Below, one piece after another: positions 1 through 10,080 of a stretch of DNA of 64,000 nt. The notes beneath the pieces are model-generated. The model did no database searches, was not told the DNA's origin, and saw nothing but the letters and a program-made list of their open reading frames with translations. This stretch comes from Naegleria gruberi. Taxonomy: Eukaryota. Position numbers and translations under genes: made by a program. Within the stretch, counting starts at the first letter, position 1. The number at the start of each line of letters is the position of its first letter. The stretch is taken from assembly GCA_000004985.1 (NCBI GenBank), contig GG738863.1; one strand, written 5' to 3'.

Positions 1-151
1 TAGAGGCAATAGCGTTATCCAAACTAGCAAGATTTTGCTTCTTCTCAGCCAAGATTCCCACAGCATTAGATTGTTGAGCACTAACCGATGTAATATACAT
101 CATCATCATGAGCACAGCAGCTACAACAAGGGCAACATTAAATTTGAACAT
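1..151 (-). CDS. 5' end of a secreted or membrane protein (signal peptide), partial; runs off the window start
   Basis: Reverse strand ATG at 151-149 in an A-rich context. It encodes MFKFNVALVVAAVLMMMMYITSVSAQQS..., a hydrophobic signal peptide followed by open frame to position 1. Confidence 0.35.
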   Translation of the reverse strand, partial: MFKFNVALVVAAVLMMMMYITSVSAQQSNAVGILAEKKQNLASLDNAIAS

Positions 152-524
152 TTTTTAATGATGGTTTTTAAAATAAACTAAGAAGCCTCAATGAATGGCC
201 TTGACCCACTCTCTCATTCTCTAAAAGTCAATTGTTTAAGATTTTTAACAGACCAAATCTATTACAGTTACCAGTTTATGTGATCAGTTACTGGAAAATA
301 TTAATTCTAAATGTTTACAGCACACCAAGAACAAAGGTCTAACACTATTATTATAATTACAAAGCACGGAAGAAGAATAAAACCATCAACCATTAATAAT
401 CAAAATGTGTGATGAATATTCATTATCCAAACCAGCAGTTGGTGATGAAGATGACGAACAAAGAAATTCATCACCACTCACACAAAGAAAAAAAGTTCTC
501 TAATACAATCCAAAATATAAAACA

Positions 525-2482
525 ATGAGTTCATTCCACTGGAAATTGTTGAAGGAAAAGTTTCTCTCACCAACAGAAACCATTAAAAAGACTGTATTTA
601 CTATTATTATGGTAAATGATGTGTATGAAATGCTTCCGTAGGTTTATTGATAATGAAATATTTGTATTGATTGTATTTTCTTCATCAACCATTCTTGTCA
701 TGTTTAAATTCATTTGTGGATTTCAAAATGTTTAATGTTTAATTAATTAATACGATATATTATATTTAAATCAAAATATTTAAAATTGATGATGATCAAA
801 ATATTGTCCGATTTTAGAGATAACGATGGGTTGGGAGGATTGGCTGAATTACAAACCATCATCGAACAGGAAAAGTTCAAGAGTAGACATTGTATTGCCA
901 CATTGAATGGTGATTTTATGAGTGCTTCAACATTGGCCACTAAGTATAAGGGATATCACATGATTGATATTTTGAATCATATTGATTTGTAAGTAGAGAG
1001 TGATGATTGCTTTCGGAATAATGTAATGTGGAAATTTTTGTTGATAATTTGTGAAATAGAGATTATGTCACTTTGGGAAATCACGAATTTGATTTTGGAA
1101 CTCCAAATGTTTTGGAAAAGGTCAAGGAATCTAGATTCAAGTGGATTTGTTCAAATGTAGTTTGTCCTGATGATCATAGTAAGGTTTTACCTGGTTTGAT
1201 TCCAAAGGTTATACATGAATGTGATGGTTTTAGAATTGGTGTTTTCGGTGTTTGTACAAAGAATACTGAATACTTGTCAAGACCAGGTAAGTTATTGACC
1301 TAACCTATATTGATTCATATTATTCTTAGGTACTGAGGCTGTATTTTTGCCAAGTGTTACTGTTGCAAATAAGATGGTTAAGGAATTGAGAGAGGAAGAT
1401 AAGTGTGATGTTGTCATTGCTTTGACCCATCTTACTATTGGAGATGATAGAGAATTGGCAAGAAATTGTCCAGGAATTGATTGTAAGTTATTAATATGAT
1501 TATTGATTCATATATATTTCAGGTATTTTAGGAGGTCACGACCACACACCACATTCACAAGTACAAGGTAGTTGTTTCATTCATAAGGCAGGTCACGATG
1601 CTCAATATGTAACCAGAATTGATTTGTCCATTGAAAAGAAACAAACTCCACTCAATGGAGAAAATCTTGTCCAACTCAAAGTTTTCCCAGGCTGTAACAT
1701 GATTGTAAACAGAGGTTATAAACCAAATCAAAAGGTTTCTGAAATAATTGAAAAGTACATGAAACAATTACCAGAGGGAATTATGGAAGAAATCGGATTG
1801 ACTGTTACTAAATTGGATTCTTCAACAGAAAGTGTCAGATCAAAGGAAACTACTTATGCAAACTTTATTGCTGATATTTTCTTGGATTCATTTGGAGCTG
1901 ATTTGGCCATTATCAAGTGAGTTTTTATTCTAAATTTATTTTACTTACCATTAATACTATCACTTAATATCTCTTTACAATAGCGGTGGAGGTATTAGAG
2001 GAGATAGATTCTATGATATTTCAAAGAGAATTACTCGCTTGGATGTATTGAAGGAATTCCCATTCCCTAATAACATTTCATTGGCAGAAATTAAGGGAAG
2101 TGACTTGATGGAAGTTACAGAACAAGGTGTAGCCAAGGCTGAGTGTGTCATTGGATCTTTCCCACACTTTTCAAGAGGAGTTTGTGTACAATATGACACT
2201 ACCAAGCCACCAATGAAGAGAGTTGCCAAAATGACTCTCAATGGTGTCGATATTGATCCTAACAAGGTGTACAATATTGCAACAGTAACCTATATTCTCA
2301 ATGGAGGTGATGGATTCAGTGCATTCACAAAGGCAACACCAAAGGAACATCCTTTGAATGGAAAATCAGTTTATGATCTCGTTATTGATTGGATTGAAAC
2401 TCATAGAAAGGTTGGAGCCAAGAAGGAAGGCAGAATTTATGATGTTTCAAAGAAGAATTCTACAGCTGTTTTCAATTTTTAA
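525..2482 (+). CDS. 5'-nucleotidase-like calcineurin-type metallophosphoesterase, multi-exon
   Basis: Motifs VNDVYE, GNHEFDFG and GGHDH. Exons are joined by GTAAGT...AG introns at about 989-1059, 1287-1329, 1493-1522 and about 1915-1983. The reading frame is continuous across the ORF-track pieces 786..992, 1073..1303, 1624..1920 and 2039..2482. The first exon (ATG 525, about 525-631) is inferred; the start could instead be the ATG at 786. Stop is TAA. Confidence 0.7.
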
Positions 2483-2967
2483 TTTATTGTGAATTAAATC
2501 TCTCTACAGTTCAATCTTAATAATTCATTCTATCGGACTATTTGTGAAATAGCACAAAGTTAAATTCACGAGTTGACTGAAGACAACATGATGTTTATTT
2601 ATTATCTCAATTAACATCTCTTGATATTAGAGAAAATGCAATTGGTTGTAAGGAGCTAAACATTTAACTGAACACTCTAATCAAAATGATTAAAAACAAC
2701 CACAAACATTTATTACCTTTCCATTTCTTATTCGAATCAATTCAATATTAATAATTAAAACAAAACATCATTATCAATTATAAATATTTTATCTCGAGAA
2801 AACCAAAAAGTTAAAAACTAAATATTACCAAAAATAGACGCACTCCAAAACCAATACAAAAAAAGATCCAACTCCTCCTCTCAACTGTTTGTTCATACGT
2901 TTCTTGTAAACGACAATCTATCATCATCAACAGCCAGCATTAATCTTCTTTACAAATTAATTTCGGA

Positions 2968-4353
2968 ATGCATGCAGTTAATGATCAACAACAATCAATT
3001 AATTTAAATTCGTCATCTTGTGCTTCTTCTAATGAGAAAGAACAGCAACAACCATTAATTCATCTCTTGGAACCATTGAATATTGTCTTGGTCGGAGATG
3101 AAGGTGTTGGAAAGTCCTCATGTTTAATAACCTATTCTGAATTATTAAATAAGAAGAATGATATTACAAAGCAGCAACAGCAACAACAATTGGAATATAA
3201 ATATGATAGAGGATGTATTCCATCAGTAGTTGAGACATTGAGAAGAGAAGTGACCATTCCCAAGACATCACTTGGACATTGTAAATTTGTGAATAGTTCT
3301 GCACTGGATCAATCATTTGATTCAACTCAAAGTTTACAAAATTGTGAAGGTTTTACAATGAATGTAAATCTTATTGATACACCTGGTGAAGAGGATCAAT
3401 CAATGGATAGAGTTCAACATTATTATCCTCATGCCAATGTATTTGTATTAATATTTTCGATTAATGACATTACATCATTTGAGAAATTGGCTGATTATTG
3501 GTGTAAGGAAATTAAGAATGTATCTCCACATCCATGTATGATGATTGTGGGTAATAAGAGTGATGTTGGTTCAGAGGAAAGACACGTGACTCGTCTCGAT
3601 GGTTTGGAAATGCAAAATAAGATTGGAGCTAAAATGTATATGGAAATTTCATCCACGAGTGGAAATAATATTGTAAACATGTTTGATGCTTGTGTGAAAA
3701 TGGGCACTAAAGAACTTGATGGTCGATGCGCTCACTTACTTTACAAACAAAACGATCATTCAATTCATTTGGAACGTCGACATCATCTTCATCCTGAAAC
3801 TCTAACTTTGAATATTCCTCCAAGAGAAACTTTGGCAGCCATTAAGGAAACTCCCTCAATTCCACCATCAACTACGAGTAGCATCAATAGTAGTAGTAGC
3901 AGCAGTTCAGCTTCTCAAAAGGTTGAGACGATTAAGGAACTGAGCTCAACAACCCAATCACTCTGTGCAAAAATTACAAAACAACTTTCATTTGGGACAC
4001 CTCCTATAGTAGAGAAGGAATTTAGATTTGGAGTTGAGCTTTTACCAAAGATATTCCTAGATAATGATCCAGAAGCAGAAGTGTTGAAAAAACTAAATTT
4101 CAAAATTAAGAAAATTGTAAAGGTAAAAATTGATCTCAACATGAATCCGCTCTGTCAAATCAAGAGACAAATAATTGGTGCATTTGGAAAGGAAAATCCA
4201 AAGGTTTGGGGAAGAAAAACTGAAGAGCAATGGTTGAAAACTCTCAAAGTTCAAATATTGGATAACATTTTTAATGATTATTATGATTTGGACGATTGGG
4301 AACAGGTTATTTCTCAAAAGGAGGACAATATCAAATTACTTGTATTTTACTAA
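2968..4353 (+). CDS. Ras-superfamily small GTPase domain protein with polyQ inserts and a long C-terminal extension
   Basis: Single 461-aa ORF. G1 is GDEGVGKSS, G3 is DTPGEE, G4 is GNKSD and G5 is SSTSG. Stop is TAA. Confidence 0.6.
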   Translation: MHAVNDQQQSINLNSSSCASSNEKEQQQPLIHLLEPLNIVLVGDEGVGKSSCLITYSELLNKKNDITKQQQQQQLEYKYDRGCIPSVVETLRREVTIPKTSLGHCKFVNSSALDQSFDSTQSLQNCEGFTMNVNLIDTPGEEDQSMDRVQHYYPHANVFVLIFSINDITSFEKLADYWCKEIKNVSPHPCMMIVGNKSDVGSEERHVTRLDGLEMQNKIGAKMYMEISSTSGNNIVNMFDACVKMGTKELDGRCAHLLYKQNDHSIHLERRHHLHPETLTLNIPPRETLAAIKETPSIPPSTTSSINSSSSSSSASQKVETIKELSSTTQSLCAKITKQLSFGTPPIVEKEFRFGVELLPKIFLDNDPEAEVLKKLNFKIKKIVKVKIDLNMNPLCQIKRQIIGAFGKENPKVWGRKTEEQWLKTLKVQILDNIFNDYYDLDDWEQVISQKEDNIKLLVFY

Positions 4354-4663
4354 TCTACAGATTGTATGAAAACTAAATAAATAATGATATTTGTTACAAC
4401 TACAGTTTCGAATAAGGTTTTGACACTTAAACGAAACTACCCAAATACAAACTGCATCAAAAAATCTATTTTTATCTATGCTGACATCCATCGTTGAGAT
4501 TCTTGCTGAACCATAGTCCATACCTTTTTCTTAAAGTTCCTACTAAAAAAAATCCGCCAAATCAAACTCTAACTTTCTCAGGAAAATATAAACGAGAAAA
4601 AAACAAACCCTTTCAATTTTGCTCTCCAAATAACAACAATAACAACAACAAACTTTATACAAT

Positions 4664-5122
4664 ATGAGTTTTCTCTTCAGTAAAAAGACCCGAGTTCCTT
4701 CCATTGATATCGACCATGAAATGGATCAGGAGAATCACAAGAATTCCAAACAACAAAAACTTCAATCAACTACAACAACAACATTGAGTCGTGTTCGTTC
4801 CAAGTCTTCCGTTGATAAATTAGATAGTAGTAATAATAATAACAATAACAGCAACAATGAATCATCACAACAAGGAACATCTTCATCATGGAATGTTCTC
4901 GGAAGGGCTAGAGCCAATTCATCTAAACAAAATGCTGATCGTTTTCAAAAGGCTGAGGAAGATTTGGAAAGAGAACACTCTGGAGCAATGACTCACTTGA
5001 AGGAGAAGGGAAAGATTGGAGATTATGAAGATGAACATGAGGAGGAACAACAAGAAAAGGTTTCAAAGAGAAGGTTTAGTTTGAAGAAGAAGAAGAATGC
5101 TGAATTATTGACTGAACAATAA
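4664..5122 (+). CDS. Hypothetical S/N/E-rich low-complexity protein
   Basis: 152-aa ORF with an ATG in A-rich context and a TAA stop. No recognisable domain. Confidence 0.35.
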   Translation: MSFLFSKKTRVPSIDIDHEMDQENHKNSKQQKLQSTTTTTLSRVRSKSSVDKLDSSNNNNNNSNNESSQQGTSSSWNVLGRARANSSKQNADRFQKAEEDLEREHSGAMTHLKEKGKIGDYEDEHEEEQQEKVSKRRFSLKKKKNAELLTEQ

Positions 5123-5488
5123 GAAGGTTTTACTCGGTTTTAGTGTGTTGTGCAGAGGAAGAAACAATTCCTCTGTTGTATTTTAAAAATTGTATTAGAA
5201 ATTAGTGATATTATTATTACCCAATGTACATAAAAATTATTCCTTTTGAAATTTGTGCTTTCCTTGTGTTGTCTAGATATCAAAAGTGCCGAGCAGGTAT
5301 ATTTCTTATTAATTCCAATTTAAAGTTCAATCTATTCGAAACTAGTAAAATTTACAATTGTTAAGTAATAATAATTTAAAGAGTTAATAATTTATTTGGG
5401 AGATTATATTCAAAACCTAATTTGAATATTTCTTCTTCTGGTTGTTATTCGTTGTTTTTGTGTTAGAAAAATTTGATTGAAAACTAAT

Positions 5489-6978
5489 TTACAATTCTTC
5501 ACCTTCATCCAACATGGAATCTTCTTCAGCAACTCCTGAATCCTTTTCCAATTCTTCATAGTCCTTTTCCAAGGCAGCCAAATCTTCACGAGCTTCAGCA
5601 AATTCACCTTCTTCCATACCTTCACCAACAAAGTGATGAACATAGGCACGTTTAGCATATAACAAATCAAACTTGTCATTCATCTTGGAGAAGACTGAAG
5701 CAATGGCAGTAGAATTGGAAATCATTGAGCATGAATTGTCAACTTGAGCCATTTCAGAACCTGGCAACATGGTTGGAGCTTGATTATTGATACCAATCTT
5801 GAAAGCACATGGAGACCAATCAACAAATTGAATACTGGACTTGCTCTTCATAATCTTGACAGCATCACTGACATCCTTATTGACAACATCCTTACCACGA
5901 TACATTAAACAACATGAAATGTACTTGCCACTTCTTGGATCACATTTGGCCATCATGTTATTTGGTTCAAAGACCTTACTAGTCAATTCAGCAGCATTAT
6001 TAGTAGCATAGTATTGTTCAGCAACTGAAACCATTGGAGCCAATGAAGATAACATAAAGTGAATTCTTGGATATGGAACTAAATTAGTTTGGAATTCGTT
6101 CAAATCAACATTCAATGAACCTGGGAATCTCAATGAACAAGTCAATGATGAAACAGTTTGAGCAATGACACGATTCAAATTTCTGTAATCTGGTCTAGCA
6201 ATCTTCAAGTTTTGTTTACAGACATCATAGATAGCTTCATTGTCCAAAACAACTGAAATATCATTATGTTCCAATAAGGAATGAGTAGATAAGACTGAAT
6301 TGTATGGTTCAACAACTGAAGTAGTCAATTGAGGAGATGGATAAATATTGAAACCCAATTTGGTCTTTTTAGGGAATTCAACAGCTAATCTTTCCAAAAG
6401 CAAAGAAGCAAATCCAGAACCAGTACCACCACCAACAGAATTGAAAATTTGGAAACCTTGCAATGATTGACAATTATCAGTAATTCTTCTAATAGTATTC
6501 ATGGCACTATCCAAAATATCCTTTCCAATAGTGTAATGACCACGAGCAAAGTTATTGGAAGCATCTTCACTACCACGAATCATATAATTTGGATGATACA
6601 ATTGTTTGTATTCAGTATTCTTAATGGCATCAATGACAGATGGTTCCAAATCCAAGAACATGGCACGTGGAACATATTTACCAGAAGAAGCTTCGGAGAA
6701 ATAAACAGAAGCATCGTTACCTTGAACAGAATCAGTGGTACCATCAGGTTTGATTCCATGTTCAGCACAGAATAATTCCCAACAGCTGTTACCAACTTTG
6801 TTGAAGAAGATTTTCAAAAATTTAGATTAGAAAAATTTGATGATAAAAAGTGGAGATTGGAAAATGAATCATGTGAATAGATTAAAAATGTTAATATATT
6901 AGAGAATTGTGAAATTAGGTGTTGATAGTTACCTTGAATACCGGCTTGACCAATGTGGAGGGAGACGACTTCTCTCAT
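5489..6978 (-). CDS. alpha-tubulin (divergent), 2 exons
   Basis: Structure is join(6933..6978, 5489..6795) on the minus strand. Exon 1 encodes [15 protein letters not shown], followed by a 137-nt gtaact...ag intron, then [10 protein letters not shown]... through GEEL-TAA. Tubulin signatures GGGTGSG, VVEPYN and the C-terminal acidic tail are present. Confidence 0.9.
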
Positions 6979-7151
6979 TTTGTGTGTGAATTTGTGTGTT
7001 TTTTTGTTAGGAGTTTAGACTAGTATCAACTATCTTGTAATGAGATGATTGACTTTTTTTTTTGTTGTTGAATTTTGAAAGGTGGCAGGTTGTGTGGGTT
7101 TTTATTAGACTTTTGGCAAGTGACTTTTAAATTTTTTTAACGTTCACAAGA

Positions 7152-7170
7152 TTTTGGCGCTGGCGCAAAA
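7152..7170. promoter_or_regulatory. E2F-like GC motif pair (TTTTGGCGC / GGCGCAAAA) in the tubulin/serpin bidirectional intergenic region
   Basis: A GC-rich island within AT-rich spacer 6979-7492 between divergently transcribed genes. Similar TTGGCGC(C)AA motifs recur upstream of other genes (see findings). Confidence 0.25.
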
Positions 7171-7492
7171 AAAAACACGAATTTTTTGGTTGGGTCAAGG
7201 CGGCAAACATTACAAAAATTCTTGCGAAAGTTTCAGTGGAAAATTTGGTGCAAGTTACTACTTTAGCAATTTAACATTCAGCTGTTTAAACTATTATTCC
7301 TTCTTGCTAATTTTAACAAATATTGCAGTTTAGTTTGGTTGGTACCAAGTAGTTCAAGTCACATTGATTGTCATCACCAGCTCCTTCCTTTTTGTTTTCA
7401 GATAAGTAACAATGTAAAAAGGGAATTTAAAACCAAGTGGTTAAAAGGTAAATTGCAGTAAACAAAACTCAAAAAAACAATCAAGAATCAAA

Positions 7493-8451
7493 ATGGGTCT
7501 CTCAGCATCTACCTCTCTTGTCTCTTCACATAATAAGTTTTNNNNNNNNNNNNNNNNNNNNNNNNNNNNNNNNNNNNNNNNNNNNNNNNNNNNNNNNNNN
7601 NNNNNNNNNNNNNNNNNNNNNNNNNNNNNNNNNNNNNNNNNNNNNNNNNNNNNNNNNNNNNNNNNNNNNNNNNNNNNNNNNNNNNNNNNNNNNNNNNNNN
7701 NNNNNNNNNNNNNNNNNNNNNNNNNNNNNNNNNNNNNNNNNNNNNNNNNNNNNNNNNNNNNNNNNNNNNNNNNNNNNNNNNNNNNNNNNNNNNNNNNNNN
7801 NNNNNNNNNNNNNNNNNNNNNNNNNNNNNNNNNNNNNNNNNNNNCGATCAACAAGACACCTATGACAGCAATTTCTTTGGTGTTGATGGTGAAACCAATT
7901 GTAGATTGATGAATAAGAATAATTCAAAGGAACAATATGGTGCTGAAGGTGAATATCATTGGGTAACCATGCCATTCTCTGATGTCAAGTACAAGATGAC
8001 CATCGTCGCTGTCAAGAATCAAGCTCATCAACAAACACTTGATGGATGGGTTGCTCAAAAATTGAATCAAGGAATAGACACTGCCTTCCCAACAGTAGAA
8101 ACTAAACTCGGCTCATTTGCCTTCCCTAAATTCGAACTCTCTCAAGGAATGGAATTGAGCGACATTTTACAAAATGCTCCATTCAACATTAAGAAACCAT
8201 TTACAAATGAGGCCGATTTCTCTCACCTCCTCCAAAAGGAAAGTATCTTTATTGATAAAGTCATTCATAAGGCATCTATTAAGGTTGATGAAGCAGGTGC
8301 TGAGGCTAGTGCAGCAACTGCTATTGTGATGAGATGTTTGAGTTATGATCCAAATGAAATTAGATTTGTGGTCAATTCACCATTTGCATTTGTGTTGACT
8401 GATGATTCTAGTAAGACTGTTCTTTTTGTTGGTAAAGTCAACAAGTTGTAA
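7493..8451 (+). CDS. serpin (serine protease inhibitor), interrupted by an assembly gap
   Basis: The C-terminal 200 aa are open in one frame from the gap edge (7846) to the TAA at 8451. They carry the serpin hinge and C-terminal motifs (IKVDEAGAEASAATA, FVVNSPFAFVL, LFVGKVNKL). The candidate start MGLSASTSLVSS is at 7493 (aaaATGg), just before gap 7542-7844. Confidence 0.65.
7542..7844. other. assembly gap (N run)
   Basis: 303 N. Confidence 1.
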
Positions 8452-8608
8452 ATACAAGAAACCATTTTTCCTCATTATTTTTACTCTATTGTTTGATGAG
8501 AGTATTTAATAAATTAATTTTGATCAGTTTATTGTCAATTGAATTGTTGGCTATTGGTTGATTGGTTCTTTACTGTTCTTAAACCATTACAATGGTCAAC
8601 TGAGTTGA

Positions 8609-8679
8609 TGCTTACTAGCTCAGCAGGGAGCGACTAACTTCAGATTAGTAGGTCGGCGGATCAAGTCCACCGTAGGTAT
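8609..8679 (+). tRNA. tRNA-like gene, anticodon UCA (UGA-decoding); anticodon loop resembles tRNA-Trp (CUCCAGA) with C34 changed to U
   Basis: Manual cloverleaf: acceptor 8609-8615/8672-8678 (7 bp, two G·U pairs); U8; D-stem GCTC/GAGC with AG..GG loop; G26; anticodon stem ACTAA/TTAGT; loop CTTCAGA (U33, anticodon TCA, G37); 5-nt variable loop; T-arm GGCGG-ATCAAGT-CCACC with a good B box GGATCAAGTCC; discriminator T; TTTT at 8687-8690. Atypical features are a U1:A72 pair, A54, a C51·A63 mismatch and a 6-nt D loop, so it could be a pseudogene. Confidence 0.5.
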
Positions 8680-8686
8680 CGTCAAA

Positions 8687-8690
8687 TTTT
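8687..8690 (+). terminator. Pol III T4 terminator downstream of the tRNA-like gene
   Basis: TTTT lies 8 nt after the tRNA 3' end. Confidence 0.3.
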
Positions 8691-8749
8691 GATTGCTCGA
8701 AATCAAATAGAAAATCACACACAACAAGAGAGATCAGCAGATTAAAAAA

Positions 8750-9073
8750 ATGTCATTACAAGAGAGGGAAGATCAGCATGCTATTGCTTCATTAGAGAAT
8801 AATTTACTGGATAAACTTCCTGATGAATTGTTACTTTATATTCTGGGCTACTCGACAAGTGATCCGATCACAATTGTGCAACTCTCGCATGTAAATAAGA
8901 GAATGGAGAGGATTTTGAATTACTCTCCGATTGTTGTTTCTCAAATGATCGAATATCATCATTCTGCTAATCATCAATGGATTAGAGAAGGATACACGAT
9001 TGGAAAATTCTGGGAAAATCCTATTCGGAATGGAATTTCGGTTTTAAAACAATTTTTCAAATTGCTATACTAG
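8750..9073 (+). CDS. small F-box protein
   Basis: 107-aa ORF. The F-box motif is LLDKLPDELLLYILGYS. ATG is in A-rich context. Stop is TAG. Confidence 0.45.
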   Translation: MSLQEREDQHAIASLENNLLDKLPDELLLYILGYSTSDPITIVQLSHVNKRMERILNYSPIVVSQMIEYHHSANHQWIREGYTIGKFWENPIRNGISVLKQFFKLLY

Positions 9074-9135
9074 CTACTAGTGGACGAAAGAGGAAGAATG
9101 AAAAATCCAATGGGCATGATGATGATGAATTAATT

Positions 9136-10044
9136 GTGGACAAGTATCAAAATGTGAGGAAATATGTGGATTCTAAACAAAAGATTGTTGATTGTTTAAA
9201 ATATTCAAGATGGAATCCAATTAAGAAACTTAGAAAGATTGAGGACTTGACAACTGTCTTTGAACGAAGGCATATGAATAAGGTGTTATTTATGATTGGT
9301 ACTATGTTTTCAATGACAGCACAATTCATTGTGGGAAAGATTGGGAGCACACCAAATGACCAATGGTCTTTGGAGAAGGGTTTATGGTGGCTTCCATATG
9401 CATTCTGGCCTTTTGAAGGAGCTGTAGTGGGAATTATATTAGCATCAATGACAATTTCCATCTTTTATTCATGTAAATGTATCAGTTCATTAATTGTTAA
9501 ACCTGACAAGAAACTACGGTCGCAGGATATCAGTGTTGTTTACATGGCACCTATTTCATCAATATTTTACACCACTACTTGGAGACCTATGTTGATTTTA
9601 ATGAGATCTCTCCTTTATGAAACTGTTGGGGTTGAACTCTCCCTGCTGGAATCCATAGTAAGCAAATTATTTTATTATTCTCATTATCCTGGCCTTGCAT
9701 TCTTGGGGATTTCCTGCTTTTCTTCCTCTGTTAACTCAATTACAGACAAATTAGCTGATCCTACTTTGGGGTCTTTTATTTCCCTTTCTCTGTTCAAGTA
9801 TAGTGGAAATTTATTGAGCTTTATCCCACTTTCTCTCAGTTTATGCTTTGCGTCAATTAAGGAGATTATATCAGATATCAAATCACCAGACAAGGTGGAC
9901 CAATTTATACCTATGGCTCTATCTATTAGTACAGCTTTGGTTAGTGTTGGTCACTTCTCATATCTCACTCTTGCTCCTATTTCTTTAATGTTTGTTGGTT
10001 TAATGATTGATTCGTTCAGACCAAACAGATATCGTAACCTTTAG
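9136..10044 (+). CDS. multi-pass membrane protein, hypothetical
   Basis: 302-aa open frame with several hydrophobic helices. The ORF-track start is non-ATG. The first ATG in frame is near 9274 (MNKVLFMIGTMFSM). Stop is TAG. Confidence 0.4.
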   Translation: MDKYQNVRKYVDSKQKIVDCLKYSRWNPIKKLRKIEDLTTVFERRHMNKVLFMIGTMFSMTAQFIVGKIGSTPNDQWSLEKGLWWLPYAFWPFEGAVVGIILASMTISIFYSCKCISSLIVKPDKKLRSQDISVVYMAPISSIFYTTTWRPMLILMRSLLYETVGVELSLLESIVSKLFYYSHYPGLAFLGISCFSSSVNSITDKLADPTLGSFISLSLFKYSGNLLSFIPLSLSLCFASIKEIISDIKSPDKVDQFIPMALSISTALVSVGHFSYLTLAPISLMFVGLMIDSFRPNRYRNL

Positions 10045-10080
10045 ATTTTTGAAAACCACAAAATGCTACCAAGAATGGAT

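Noticed and set aside
406-504. 33-aa acidic ORF (MCDEYSLSKPAVGDEDDEQRNSSPLTQRKKVL) upstream of the 5'-nucleotidase-like gene
   Set aside because: It is too short to support. It may be a uORF or a chance ORF, and it has no conservation signal available.
8609-8679. Interpretation of the UCA tRNA as selenocysteine tRNA
   Set aside because: Eukaryotic tRNA-Sec is about 90 nt with a 9/4 acceptor/T-stem, a 6-bp D stem and a long variable arm. This is a 71-nt type-I cloverleaf with a 5-nt variable loop.
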